From NCBI RefSeq assembly GCF_021869535.1, contig NW_026262690.1:24800001-24864000 (forward strand): DNA of 64,000 nt. The letters are read 5' to 3'. A program made the translations under genes and the position numbers. The notes beneath the pieces are model-generated. The model had not been told where the DNA came from. It was given only the letters and a program-made list of their open reading frames with translations, and made no database searches. Position 1 is the stretch's first letter, and each line of letters begins with the position of its first letter. The DNA is from Mytilus californianus. Taxonomy: Eukaryota. Shown here in pieces: positions 11,648-25,209 of this stretch.

Positions 11648-13923
11648 TAAGTATGTTGACTCCACCAAACTTTATTTGGTTAAAATCCTTATTTTCTATA
11701 TTCAAATCCAGTAATCAAAATGTTATTTAATTGTCAGGCAATTATTTACCGCATATTTATTATACTAATGGGAAAAACTGACACGCTTGTTTCTCAGCAA
11801 ACGGTTCCTGTTTACTAATAACCATGATAATTGTCATTAATATTTGGAGCTTAATACCAGACTCCGCTCACAGGCGAATGATATATTTTATTTTTTTAAT
11901 ATTGAATATTAAGATATTAAACATACAAACAACAAAAAACAAATACGCAAATTAAATGCAATGGAATCAACAACATATCAACCTGATTGAAGATGGGTAA
12001 GTCATGTGACTTAAACCTTTTTGTATGTTATTCTTAGATGTTCAGTCATTGGTGTGTTAACTGTTTCCATATAAAGTATTTGTTCTAAAGTATCACCATC
12101 TCTTTTGAAGTGTCTGCACACCTGACAATGTTAAAGTAAAATAAAACAGTTAAATGAAAAATTGCCATAAACATACCATGACACAAAATTTATAAATGAA
12201 AAAAAGTCTTTTCTTGAAACAAATTGGTACTTAAAATAATTTCATAGTAATGCATATGCCATGCGTTTCCTGCAATTAACTTCATGTATAACACAGAACA
12301 ATCTAAAGACACATATGTATGCCTAAATAAGGGAAGAATATTACTAACAGTCGATTTCCGTTTATGAAATTGATTACTTCAAGTGACATGCATGTATTTG
12401 TGAAGTTTTTTCTTGAAATACTTTTAAACATCTGATTCTTTATAATAACATGTCATGAGAAGTCACTGACGAATAAGGGTGATTAGGGGGTATCACTTTT
12501 GAAGACAAATAAGGACAATATAAATACAAAAACATATATATAAAAATAGAAAAATAAATCGTATATGCAATAATTATTACAAGATTTGCTTCCTCATTAG
12601 GTATAAGGTACAGGCCACATTTATCGACCACTGGGAGTTTTTTTTATTGCTTTTAGATCTAGAGGGATTACTACATAGAGGTCAATATCGTAGACTTTTT
12701 TTACAGCATAAGATATGGAACTTTTTTAATGTAACGTTTTTGGTATGTTAGGTTTTACATGTTAAATGATACAGGAAGTTTTGTGATACAAATATCAATT
12801 GAGCAGCTTTATCAATCATGAAAACCACAAGGTAGCAAGGTAGCAGTAGATACCAGTTTTAGGGTACCAACACAAGTGTGACGATTTAACAAAAACTTGT
12901 TCCTGTCACCTTATAAAAAACAATAAGATATATGTTGGGAAAATATTTTGCTTTCAGCATATGATATATATTGAGTTCAGAGCAAATACACTTTTGTTTC
13001 ATCAACAGTAAAGATGTATATTGAAATATACTCATGAATGCTAAGTATTCATTTTCTGAGAGAAAAAAAAACATGAATTAATTTCAGTAGTTCTCTTGAG
13101 TTCTAACTATAATATATTTATATAAATTTATTATTCATATTTACGCAGATACGTAACTGTAGGAGAAATAGTAGTGTGGATTCTTTCTGTTATTTGACAT
13201 TATGCAATGATAAAAATCTGACAATTTTACATATAAGTATTCTGCAAAATGATCATAGTCCACGTCACGTCATTTGAACTCGGGTGGATAGTTGTCTCAT
13301 TGGCAATCCTACTACATCCCCTTATATTTATATAAACTAATATATATTATAGTGTTCGTTGCAAAATCAACGATCAATAAATTGAGAATGGAAATGGAAA
13401 TGGGGAATGTAAAGACTCGATATCAATTTAATGTTATTCAAGACTACGACGTTAGGTACATGTAAATGTATGTCCGATTTTGTCACCCGTAATGAATCTA
13501 CTCTGATTGCTCTAGATTCTACTCCCATAGAATGCATGATTGTTACAGACATAAAATGTATTTCATACCTTTTTTGTTGCAGGGTCAGAACCAAAAGTTA
13601 ATCGACCGAGACTTTGAGATTCAACTTTTATTTCAGACTCTGTGAATGTCCCTTCTTCTATTTCACATACACCTAAAAAAAAAAGGATCTCCTGAAGTTA
13701 AAGAGAAACTAACAGTTGTTTGAAGACTTGATATTTTGATGTTCAACAATCGATAGAATCAATGCATTCGGTCAGATAAATTAGGCGGAGCTCTAAACTC
13801 AGAACGACTGAATGGATTAAAATAAGGCATGTTAATCTGTGTATTAAAACAGGGCATATAAAAACTGTGCAATAAAATAACATTAACCGTACCAATTTTA
13901 CTGCATTTCTCCACCATCTGTCG

Positions 13924-13927
<4 letters not shown>

Positions 13928-13957
<30 letters not shown>
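13928..13957. repeat. (TA)n microsatellite
   Basis: About 15 perfect TA units read directly. Confidence 0.95.
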
Positions 13958-13958
<1 letters not shown>

Positions 13959-14238
13959 CAATTTCCGTTCACATTTGTGCTATTCTCGTCACCAAAATCG
14001 GAGTCAAATCAAACAGTTGTATTCAGTTAGCCCAAATCGTTCCGGCCATTTTTTTAGATGGGCCCTCAGCTCCCTCCCCTTTCTTGAAAATCCTTCGTCC
14101 GCCATTTCGAATTGTCATAAACGAACGGAGAAAAAAATAAAACTAAATAAAAGGAACACTCACTTAAATGAATAGTCTTAGAAGTTAGAAGTCATAAGGT
14201 CGAAGGTGAAATATAAGTTGTGTCATACAGATAAATAT

Positions 14239-14749
14239 AACTAGATATCATTGAGATGGGAGCCATCTCTGTGGGCCCCGCTGTGAATAATGTGTGGTAA
14301 AAAATTTGTATCTTTATCATTTGACATGGGGTTGTCAAATGAAACCAAAGTTTTTGACCTTGACCTTTGACCTAGGAAGTTGTACATAAATTATGACACA
14401 CTCTCTGGTGTTGGTTTATATACATATCAAGTATAAACTTTGAAATCATAACGGTTCTCAAGATATAGAGCGGACACGATCTTTACCATAGGACATGGAG
14501 TTGTCAACTAAAACCAAAGTTTTTGACCTTGACCTTTGACTAAGGAAGTTGTACATACATTATGACACACTCTCTGGTGTTGGTTAATATACATGTCAAG
14601 TATAAACTTTGAAATCATAACGGTTCTCTAGATATAGAGCGGACACGATTTGTTACGGACGGACTGACAGACGGACGGACGGACGGACGGACGGACGGAC
14701 GGACAGACTGATCACTATAGGGCGTCCGCCATTCGGCGGGGCCCTAATT
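14239..14749 (+). mobile_element. Non-autonomous Helentron/DINE-1-like element carrying two ~169-bp tandem monomers and a (GGAC)n microsatellite
   Basis: 5' hairpin GAGATGG/CCATCTC; subTIR GGGCCCCGC (14274-14282) inverted to GCGGGGCCC (near 14735-14743); monomers 14311-14479 and 14480-14649; GGAC/ACAG run 14657-14708; 3' stem-loop TAGGGCGTCCGCC-ATTC-GGCGGGGCCCTA. Confidence 0.8.
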
Positions 14750-14819
14750 AGGAAATTAAAATAGTATAACCAAGCTTATATTCTGCCCATCTCACATTTC
14801 CGTCGTACTTTCTCAGAAA

Positions 14820-15850
14820 CTAAAATGTATGAATTCTTCAAAGGCATTGTTTTGTATAAAGAAAATGCTTTATTCTGATTAAACAGACATTTTTTTCTCA
14901 TATGAAACTTTTTGATCCTTGTGTTGGTCCAATTATGTTTTATTGTAGTGAAATATGGTCACTTAATATTGTAAACAACAACAAAACACTTGAGTCACAA
15001 TATTTGTCAATGGAATCAGGAAAACTTCAAATCAAGAGTCTACTTGGAGTTAACTCTATGGCAGTAAATACAGCTGTAGTAGCTGTATTAGGAATGTTCT
15101 CTATTGGTATTCAGGCTCTCAAGTCTTCTACAGGATTCTGGCTGCATTTTTTAAACTCAAAGGAGTCTTTACTTTATAAAGTTTATAAAGTTAACCAGCA
15201 ATTACGTGATGGATTTGTTTCAAAAATTAAAATTTTACTCTCCAAATTAAGTTTTTCTCATGTTTGGGAAAATCAATGTACTTTTTCTAAAAAACCGATT
15301 ACTTTCAGCTTTAGCAAAGAAACTTAAGGAAAGTTACAATATATTTTGGGAAAATAGCCTTTTAATGATGACAATTCAATAAATGGAAATATTAAGTTAA
15401 GAACTTGTAGAAAATTTAAAGTAAAGTATGAACTTGAAAAACGTCTTTTATTAAATTCATATAAAAATGGTATTAAATAAAGGCAACAGTAGTATACCAC
15501 TGTTCGAAATTCATAAATCGATTGAGAAAAAAACAAATCCGGGTTACAAACTAAAACTGAGGGAAACACATCAAATATAAGAGGAGAAGAACTACGACAC
15601 AACAGAAAGACAACATTAAAAACTATGCCAAAATAAGAATAAGTAACAGCACGCTAGCTATTGAACGTGGTATATAGGTATAATAAAACAGCTTTAGAAA
15701 AAGATTGTGCCCCTTATGTAATATAGAGGTGGAAGATGAATTCAATTTTGCATTAATGTGTACACAACTCAATTACTCTAGAATGAAAATGTTTAATGAC
15801 ATTTATGATATTGTTCCTAGTTTTATTTCAATGAGTAATGGGGGGGGGGA
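14820..15850 (+). pseudogene. 3' fragment of a non-LTR retrotransposon (LINE) ORF2, decayed and interrupted by a repeat at about 15480-15620
   Basis: KLFD.CVGPIMFYCSEIW, LLGV...N.AV...LG, VWENQ and KLRT..KFK motifs. After the insertion: IRISN.TLAIE.G and the Zn-knuckle LCPLCNIEVEDEF.F.LMC. Contains stops and frameshifts. Confidence 0.8.
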
Positions 15851-16962
15851 TTTAATTTAATTTTCTCTTTTAAAGAATATGACATTTTGATAAATTATTG
15901 TTAATGGCATAAATGAGATGTATAATTACAGAAACAATAATATTGTAACTATAATCTAAAATATGAATTAATAAAATAGAGTTAAGCAGCATTTCTTCTA
16001 AATATAATCATTTTATGCTAATTTAAAGGGGAGGCATGTCGTCTAACATTTTAATATTGTTTGTAAATGTTACATATTTGTATTCTTATCTTATCTTATC
16101 TTTAACTTATTTGCGACTATATTTGTGTCATTTGAATACGTTTAGGCAGGGTCTCCCTGAACTGCCTCTGAACAAGACCTGAAACGTTTATTTAACAAGT
16201 TGTATGACGCGTTTCAGATAGCTCGTGAACTTCATGTTAGTCGAATAATTTTTACAAAAACGTATGTTTTTTTTTCACAAAGAACACATGATTACACTTA
16301 ATTTTCATTACATTTTTCTCTGCGACAAATTTTCTTGCCATCTTGGTATTTGATAACAAAATTTATTCTTTTTTTTTTTTACAAGCATCCATTGTATTTT
16401 TTTCAAACAGCTGATAGGATTGTATGATGATTTCTCATCGTTGTAGATGATCCCTTTTGAGTCGCGTTGGGGAAGAAACGATTATTTTATACCATTCCGC
16501 TGTGTGTTTTTGCATACATCTTTTCTCCGTGTTTTATATGTGAAAAGGCAAGTTCAACAATTCATACACATACCACCCACAGTGCAAAATATTGCACTGA
16601 GTTGTCGGCATTTAAATGACAATATATATACAATCGGTAAAAATCGGACTAATATTGTTCAGACTTACCAAGATTGTGCGCAATAATGAAGGCTATTTTA
16701 TCAGAGTCTGGTTTGCGACGAATGAAACCAACCTCCCTGTGCAATGGTTTGTTTGTCTCTGGATGCCAAGAATATGCCCTTAAAAGAAAAATAACCACGA
16801 ACAGTAAACGTATTTGGCTATAATGAAATACAAATGTAACGTTTTCAATGGAAAAAAAAAAAAACAGAACCGTCTCGTGACTTTTTTTGGTCTACATGTA
16901 ATTACAAAAAATGTATTTCTATGCTGTTACAAATAAACTGAATATGCAAAGTACATACTTAA

Positions 16963-17178
16963 AAAGTAGGATGGGACTTTAAATAAATGATCACCTATAA
17001 AGAAGGATTGGACTTTAAACAAATGATCACCTATAAAGTAGGATGGGACTTTAAACAAATTATCACCTATAAAGTAGGATGGGACTTTAAACAAATTAAC
17101 ACCTATAAAGTAGGATTGGACTTTAAACAAATGATCACCTACAAATTAGGATGGGACTTTAAACAAATGATCACATAA
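16963..17178. repeat. Minisatellite, 36-bp unit x6
   Basis: Unit AAAGTAGGATGGGACTTTAAACAAATGATCACCTAT, head-to-tail, no spacers. Confidence 0.95.
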
Positions 17179-18913
17179 TAGATTTACATGATTCATTTTA
17201 CATCATAATCATACTGATGGATATCTGATTAAAACAAAATAAAATTCGAATATTTCAAATTTACTCGTTTTAAGTCACAGCTGTTCAAAGTCCAGAAAAG
17301 TAAACATATAGCGACGTTTTAGATTTAAATGAACGTCATCTATGTATAACTAGTAAATGATTTATAACGATTCGTTACCACGAGTTACTTAAAACATGTA
17401 CTACAATCATTCCCTGATGAGTAAGTGCATGGGTCAATTGCTGCGGCTTTAATTCGTATGTGAATACCTATTTGTTGTAATTTGTACATCATTAAACTCC
17501 CTTAAATGGATATAATCCTATAAACGGGATTTATTCAGATAACTTACGAAAACTGAATATTAGGCTGCCCAACATGCACGAATTCCAATTCTTCTACATA
17601 GGTAAAGTCTGTAATGGTTGGATATTTGCCTTTGCCAACTTCACCTCGCCATTTCCCTAACAACCACGACAAAGGCTTTATAAGTTCGTGCATCCTTTCT
17701 TGAATATAATATTAAAATCGGATTTCGTTAAAAGCACATTTAATATCACAATCGGCTGACACCTAACGTTATATCTTATATTGCACAAACACTCGCAAAT
17801 AACAAAATGCTGGGAATGTTTCATGGAAGTGGATTATGTCGCATCATCTTTCTCAAATCATCAAACAAATTTTTGAATAGCAAATCAACAAAATTTTATA
17901 ATCAAAACACTATATAGATTTACTGAACATTTTAATAGTTTAACCATTAAACGGAAGCATATCATAAAATTATCCTTTGGGCAGGGTGATTTTTTTTTTT
18001 CTGACGGTTTATTCGTTGTCATCTTTTGCAAGTACGCCCACCTAAAAAAATCAAATGGTCATACCCTAACAGTAAATTTTGATCACATCTGAAGGACTTT
18101 TTTTAAATTGGCTTTTGTGTGAAATAAATAACTTTTAAAGGCACCAGATGCGCATCACGACAACCAATGTCTTCAGTGATGCTTGAGGCCAAAACATTTG
18201 AAAATCCAAAGGCTGACTTGTCCACAATGATATAAGGAAAGAAACAGAGCTATTGCAAGAAGAAAAATTGGCCCAACCTCTTTGAAATGGCCTATCCGTT
18301 CACAGTTTTTCAAGCTCGTATTTCCGTGTTACAAGGGAGTTAACTCGATTTTCCTTAGTTTATTTTTTAAGGAATCACAACGTAAACAAACATTTGTTTT
18401 TAAATTAGCAACTTCCCCTTACCGTGACGCCTCACGTAAAAATGTAGCAAGAAGGATATGCAATAACATAGTAAAAATGTATATAACATAATATAAAATT
18501 ATACACAACATTAACACATCAATAAAGATACAAAAAGAATAAACAAAATTTGAAGGACGGTAATAGGTGATGGAAAACTTACTTCCCAGTTGAGACATCA
18601 CTCACTCAGGAAAAGATACGAACACTATCCGGATTGAAATAAAAATGGTATTTGATTTAACAGACTGGGAAGAAGTAGGAGAATACATTATGCGTGACCA
18701 TCTTCATCGACAATGATTTTTTAATCTACTCTTAAACGATTATTCTAAATGCTTTAGATCGTTAGGAAAATTGATATATAATATACAGTTCATACAAACG
18801 GCAGTACAAAAGGTGCACCAAGTTACACCAAAAATGAGAAAAATAAAAGAAGTTTATTTAATGAATGAACAATATTTTTTTCTTAAATGACAACTATTAC
18901 ATCTATTACGTCT

Positions 18914-19603
18914 GATTCAGTATCAGTTGTCCTATGTAAAGTAGCGGACTCGTTTGGTTCAGTATGATTATCAGTTGTCCTATGTAAAGTAGCGGACTCG
19001 TTTGATTCAGTATGATTATCAGTTGTCTTATGTAAAGTAGCGGACTCGTTTGATTCAGTATCAGTTGTCCTATGTAAAGTAGCGGACTCGTTTGATTCAG
19101 TATCAGTTGTCTTATGTAAAGTAGTGGACTCGTTTGATTCAGTATCAGTTGTCTTATGTAAAGTAGCGGACTCGTTTGATTCAGTATCAGTTGTCCTATG
19201 TAAAGTAGCGGACTCTTTTGATTCAGTATCAGTTGTCTTATGTAAAGTAGTGGACTCGTTTGATTCAGTATCAGTTGTCTTATGTAAAGTAGCGGACTCG
19301 TTTGATTCAGTATCAGTTGTCCTATGTAAAGTAGCGGACTCGTTTGATTCAGTATCAGTTGTCTTATGTAAAGTAGTGGACTCGTTTGATTCAGTATCAG
19401 TTGTCTTATGTAAAGTAGCGGACTCGTTTGATTCAGTATCAGTTGTCCTATGTAAAGTAGCGGACGCGTTTGATTCAGTATCAGTTGTCTTATGTAAAGT
19501 AGCGGACTCGTTTGATTCAGTATTAGTTGTCTTATGTAAAGTAGTGGACTCGTTTGATTCAGTATGATTATCAGTTGTCCTATGTAAAGTAGCGGACTCG
19601 CTT
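18914..19603. repeat. Minisatellite, 42-bp unit x16 (three 48-bp variants)
   Basis: Unit GATTCAGTATCAGTTGTCYTATGTAAAGTAGYGGACTCGTTT. Units 2, 3 and 16 carry a 6-bp insertion (GATTAT). Confidence 0.95.
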
Positions 19604-19822
19604 TTTTTTAATTATTATTAATTCAATCCATTCAATAGTCATTGAATTTTTCATTTTTTGTCGCATTAAATTTTCAATTTAAATTTCGATATCGTTCCCC
19701 AAGCAAGATTCGAACTCGAGCTGTGGAGAAACCAAGGGTACCATCGTCTGCTGTTTGTCCAGCTCACTCGTTTTACTAATTAAGTTCTGTACTAATCCAG
19801 TATATAAAAAATATAAGTACAC

Positions 19823-20068
19823 TTCGGTAGTGATAGGTGCCTTTCCTCGTTGGGTGTTTCTAAGGACATGAATTCGGTAGTGAGATGTGCCTTTCCTCAT
19901 TGGGTGTTTCTAAGGACATGAATTCGGTAATTAGAGGTGCAATTCCTCGTTGGGTGTTTCCGAAGACACGAATTCGGTAGTAAGAGGTGCCTTTCCTTGT
20001 TGGGTGTTTCTGATGACATGATTTCGGTACTGAGAGGTACCTTTCCTCGTTGGCCGTTTCGAGGACAA
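19823..20068. repeat. Minisatellite, 50-bp unit x~5
   Basis: TTCGGTA recurs at 19823, 19873, 19923, 19973 and 20023. Confidence 0.9.
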
Positions 20069-21067
20069 GATGGCAGTGGCTTGGAGATTGTACAGATGCA
20101 TTTTGTATATCTGAGCGGTATATGTATTTTTTAAATTATGTTCAATTTATTATACAGGTTGGCAGTAATATTGGTCTTGTATTACAGTCATGTTTGTGGT
20201 GGGATTTTTACAAATCAGGTGATAAAAGGTGTATAATTTTCTGAAGTTTATTCGTTTATCTGGTTATGTTGATAGTGTCTTCAGTTATATTTGTTTTTTC
20301 CTGAACACACATAACTTAATATTTCCTTTGATTGGCGACTGATAATTTGCTGTCGGTTTTCTGTGTGGCTTATGTGATTAAATTTTTCCTCTTGGAAGGA
20401 TTCCTATCGAAAAATATTTCATGTTTCATGTTCCTCTCTCGTTAAATGTGACATGCATATTATATCAATAAGAATTGTGAAGGATCTTAGATGAACGTTT
20501 GGTAAATTACAGCTTCACGCTACAAAAGATACATTTTGATATCTGCAGTTAAAATGTCCCTGAGTTGACTGTACTAGAGTACCTCATTTTCAATATTTTG
20601 ATGTATTTACCAACCTTTTATTCGAATTTTCAATTATAAAAATGGACATTTCTGAGAATTAACAGCCAAAGAGTTTTATATTAATATCTCTACTGAAATT
20701 TGTTTGCAATTATTTAACAACTAGTTTTATGAATAATATTCCTCATTTTGAAGTTTAAATAACAATGCATTAAAATCCAACATTCTATGCGTGATTGATA
20801 ACAAAGCATATCACAATGCACTTTAAAACAATTTGTGCAAGCAGATCACGTAAAAGATCTATCGCTGGAAGCATATTTCTGAAATTACTAGGTTGCTCTG
20901 TCAACAGCAGTTGTGATTTATGAACAGTATAATATAAAAGAATATCGATAAGTTCTGTTTTATACTGTTCCACTTGAAACCTAAGCTTACTGATTCTTTA
21001 AAAATCTATTTGTTTAATTGTACATGGAATTTGAAACTGAATATGCACAAAGAACAAAGCAGTTGAA

Positions 21068-21128
21068 ATGACGAGCTCCAAATGTTTATTTGTGTTATCA
21101 ATATTAGGATTGCCTCTTTCTGTAAAAG
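21068..21128 (+). CDS. Gene 1 coding exon 1: signal peptide MTSSKCLFVLSILGLPLSVK(G)
   Basis: ATG, hydrophobic core, phase-1 donor AAG|GTTAGT compatible with the phase-1 acceptor at 26597. Confidence 0.65.
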
Positions 21129-24080
21129 GTTAGTAACTTGTTCTAAGCAAATTCACGGAAAGGAGGGTTCGAAAAGGGGTAGGAAATTTCTTTCAGCAAA
21201 AATACCAAATACATCTACCATAAGATCAGAAATTTCATAATGATTGTGGTAAACATTTAAGTTTGAACTTCTATTCTGTGAGTTAAGCGGCGAGTCGATA
21301 ACAAACGTCTTCAGGTGAAAAAATTAGAAACGTCAATAATCAATGAATCTCTAACCATACAAATTTTAAAACATCTCAAATAATAGGTTTTTTTTTAGGT
21401 TATCTGTAAAACTGTGCGTGTCATTTTATTTTGTCTTTCCTAATTCTTTGCCTCGAGTGTACGTGATGATCCCAGAAAGACGCGTCATGTGCTGGGAAAT
21501 CAGTAGCATACTTTATTTAAAACATCTGTACTCAATCGGCAAGAAACTGCAATATTATGAAACATTTCTCGAGATCCTAATTTCAGAATGTTACGAGATG
21601 GACCTAACTATCGGGAGTGCTTGGTCGACCTCTCCGGACCATTTCCGACCAGCAGGACTATGTTACGAACATATACGACTGTGTTTAGAAAATGGTATGA
21701 CATCCAAAAAGCTTTCATTTGATACAAAAATTACCCAAATATTTTACTAATTGACAGCTATGCGTAGGTACTATTTTGTTTAAAATATGTATTACTTTCT
21801 TTTTGACTGGGCCGAATTAATGGTTCTATACCTAAATCATTGACTGCCAATAATTACTTTTTAAATAGTACTATGCAATTCTCATTGAGGAAGATATTTA
21901 ACGTACATACTCATCAGGTTACAGTCTGCAATCACTCTGAATTCTAGTCGACGAGCACTGGTTGGTTGAAAAGCAGCCCCATTTTAGTCTGCTTAGATCA
22001 CATAGACTGTAACTACGGTTTAAATTTTCAAAAAAGTAAGAAGGAACCAAATACTATAGGCAATCAAAAACAATAAGACGAATTCGAAGAAAGACAAAGA
22101 ACGCCATGGCCAAAAGAAAAAAGACGATCAAAGAGACAAAAGTTATCTAAAGATTGAAAAACATTGAATACTCCCCCTCCTCCCCCCCCCCCCCCCCCCA
22201 AAAAAAAAAAAAAACCTTAGTAAAAGTATAAGGTCAGGTTGAGCATGAGGTAGCACTAGCTAATCAGAAACTGAAAATACCTTTCCAGGGCTCCTGAGTT
22301 CACCGCGATTTTGTTTGGTTCGTGATCCCAAATCTTTAGTTTTCTGTGAAGTGTTTCATAGAGTTTTGTTTTTCTTTTTGTCATTGTGTTTTCTGTCCTT
22401 CGTATACTCATTATTTTGATTGCCTCTATAATAAAATTGAGAATGGAAATGGGGAATGTGTCAAAGAGACAACAACCCGACCAAAGAGCAGAAAACAGCC
22501 CAAGACCACCAATTGGTCTTCAACACAGCGAGAAAATCCCGCACCCGGAAACTGGCCCCTAAACACAAATGCGTACTAGTTGACATTTTCCGTTCATCGA
22601 TTTAAAATACAGTAGCCTTCCAGAAATTCGACTTTCAATATTCGAAAATTCAAGTTAAACTTTTAATCTTTTTCTTTTTATACAATAAAATTAAAAATAA
22701 ACATTGATTGGCAAAATACTCAAAACTTGGACCCACCATAGGCTTTATACTTCATTTATTTCATTTATTAGATTAAAGTTTGTATATAAATAATTGATAG
22801 CCATGATATATCACGTCTCCGTAATGTTTGACATTAAACACAGTATTCTATTTCGATCAATACAATAATTGAAATCAATGCCTATTGGGTGATTACAAGC
22901 CTTCAAGTTGGTCCAATGCTCGTTAATAAGGAGTTAATGCAATACAACTTTCATAATATGTCGATACAATTGAATTCAAGATTCCATTGCACTTTTTGTA
23001 GTCCTTTGAGGGTAATGAGCATCGCGTTGTGGTTTTAACGGTCGCTATTGAGGAGATCACTTGATGTTTAATAATTCTACAAATGATAGATTTACCACTT
23101 CCGAGAATGGTGCCATTACCACTGTCTAAAGTAATCTGTTTGCGAAATAAAAAAAATAGCAGATATATAGCGGTTGTGTTTTATTCATTTATTCTAGTCT
23201 ACCAACATGCTGCCGTTACATTCATAATACAGACTCTTTGACAATAAAGCAACCACCAGTTTAACAGACCAGACTTAATCAAAGGTTGATCAGATTATTT
23301 TGGCGTCGTGATACACGTGTAAATCGGTAAGATAAGGACATTGGTCGTTAAAAATATATTTATTTGACTACAATAGAGAATGAAGGATTCGTATTTTTCT
23401 TTTCCTTCCCGGGTTAAATAAATAAATTAAAATCTATTTAAAATGTCAAAACAAAAACAGTACAGAAAATTATCTGCATGAAGTGTAAAAATGTCAAAAG
23501 GCGGATTGTTGATGTGCAGCAGTCCAAAATCTGATGAAATACTCGAAATAAACAAATATTATACATGAATAACTTAGAACAGTGCCTTTATTATGTTGCT
23601 TACAGGTGACATCTTGTTGTTGCTTGTTTTCTGGCAATTATATCTAAAAGGCTTACTGAAAACGAAACAGAGAACTGAACTTTTCATAAAAAAAGTCATA
23701 TTAAGTTAACATTTTTATTAAAGAAAGAAAAAAACCTGTATCATTGGATATTGGATTAATAAATTTTAAATACAAAACCTGTTTATTCACCAAAATGATC
23801 TCATAATGAGATTATAAAATTCGGCGTTTATTAAATCTAAATTATGAAATTGATACTCGCAAGGATTTGATGCCAACTGTACTAATGAAAAACTAACTTA
23901 TCACTTGAAATTTATGTTATTTGCAATCACGAGGGTGACACATGCAATAAAACAAAAATGAAAAGGGACTTTTTGTATCTTTAGGTTATATATAATTAAA
24001 TTATATAGAAACGTATACATGTATTATTTACATTAAAAAAACTTATACAATTTCTGTAAAAACTCATAAGTTATAATTTG

Positions 24081-24120
24081 GTCAGACGCGCGTTTCGTCG
24101 ATACAAGGCTCATCAGTCTG
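24081..24120 (-). ncRNA. Minimal type-I hammerhead ribozyme motif in a retrozyme-like repeat (core intact, stems I and II damaged)
   Basis: Minus strand reads CUGAUGA GCCUUGUAUCGAC GAAAC GCGC GUC UGAC: canonical core, short palindromic stem III, GUC triplet. Confidence 0.7.
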
Positions 24121-25099
24121 AAGATCAAACCAAATACCAACTTGAAGTTAAAAAATATGCCAAATCCGGCTATTGCAATATATGCTTACAGTGTAAGGGC
24201 TTTCGGAGCGAGGAGGATAGAAAAACCTTATTGTTTCGAACAATTCGACGTTTTATAAATAGTTAATTTACAGAAAATGAACATATTAATAGTGGATATG
24301 GCGCAGAAAAATTATGAGTTCTTATATTTAGAAATAAGTTTTTGGTTTTATAATACACAAAAATGATAACAGAAATAATAAAAAAAATAAAGGATAGTAC
24401 ACAACAAAGACAAACAACACACACATGGTGAAGATTGCCCTATAGTTGGTACAGACACAAATGTGGTGGAGATAAACCAATTGTACGTAAAAACAAAATT
24501 TCAACGGTGGTCATGTTTGATGGGTTTGATAGGTTATCTTAAAGAGAGTAAAAGTATCATCTCTTTACATCAACTATTAGATCATTTTGAATTTTCAATT
24601 TTCAATACTGTGTTGTTTGGATATAATTGCATTTTGATTCACATATAAGAAATCTTTAGTTAATCATCTGGAGTGAAATCAGACCCAAATTCAGTTATAG
24701 TATTCAAGGTATAAAAATTTAAGCTGTCTGAATTATACAATATATTTCTGAATTAAAGAATCCAAGAGAGTACAAGAACAGCATATGTTCAGAAAAATCT
24801 TAGACAGAATGGGCACAGGATGTTTGCGCTTTTCCCCCTGTAACACGAAAGGCCATTTGCGATGTTACCTATAAGTTCTTGATGAGGTGTAAGCATAACG
24901 CGAATAAAATCAACTTATAATTGTACCATTCTTCGATTTAAAACGAAAACTACATTCCTAGTGTGTTCATTGTATTGCCTTGAAAGTCATAGGAAATTTA
25001 TCATGATTGTATATTTAAGCTAATTTCAATTTTTGTAAATCAAAAAAAAAAATTTTTTAAACCAAGTGAGCGGCTGTTTCTACATAAATGTACATCCCT

Positions 25100-25209
25100 G
25101 GAGTAAGTTTGACACAAAAACTTACGACTAAGATTGATCGTAAGTATACTGAATTGTTCATGACTTACGACCAATCTTAGTCGTAAGTTTTTTTTGAGAA
25201 ACCGACTCC
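25100..25209. mobile_element. Palindromic MITE-like element
   Basis: ~46-bp inverted arms (GGAGT...AAAAACTTACGACTAAGATTGATCGTAAGT) around a short spacer. Confidence 0.7.

Noticed and set aside
17414-17421. CTGATGAG here and at 59650 as hammerhead cores
   Set aside because: No stem II followed by GAAA, and no cleavage triplet downstream.
16927-20068. 36-, 42- and 50-bp arrays as CRISPR arrays or as genes (track ORFs 16927, 16987, 19124)
   Set aside because: Units are head-to-tail with no unique spacers, there are no cas genes, and the context is eukaryotic. The ORFs arise from unit lengths divisible by three.
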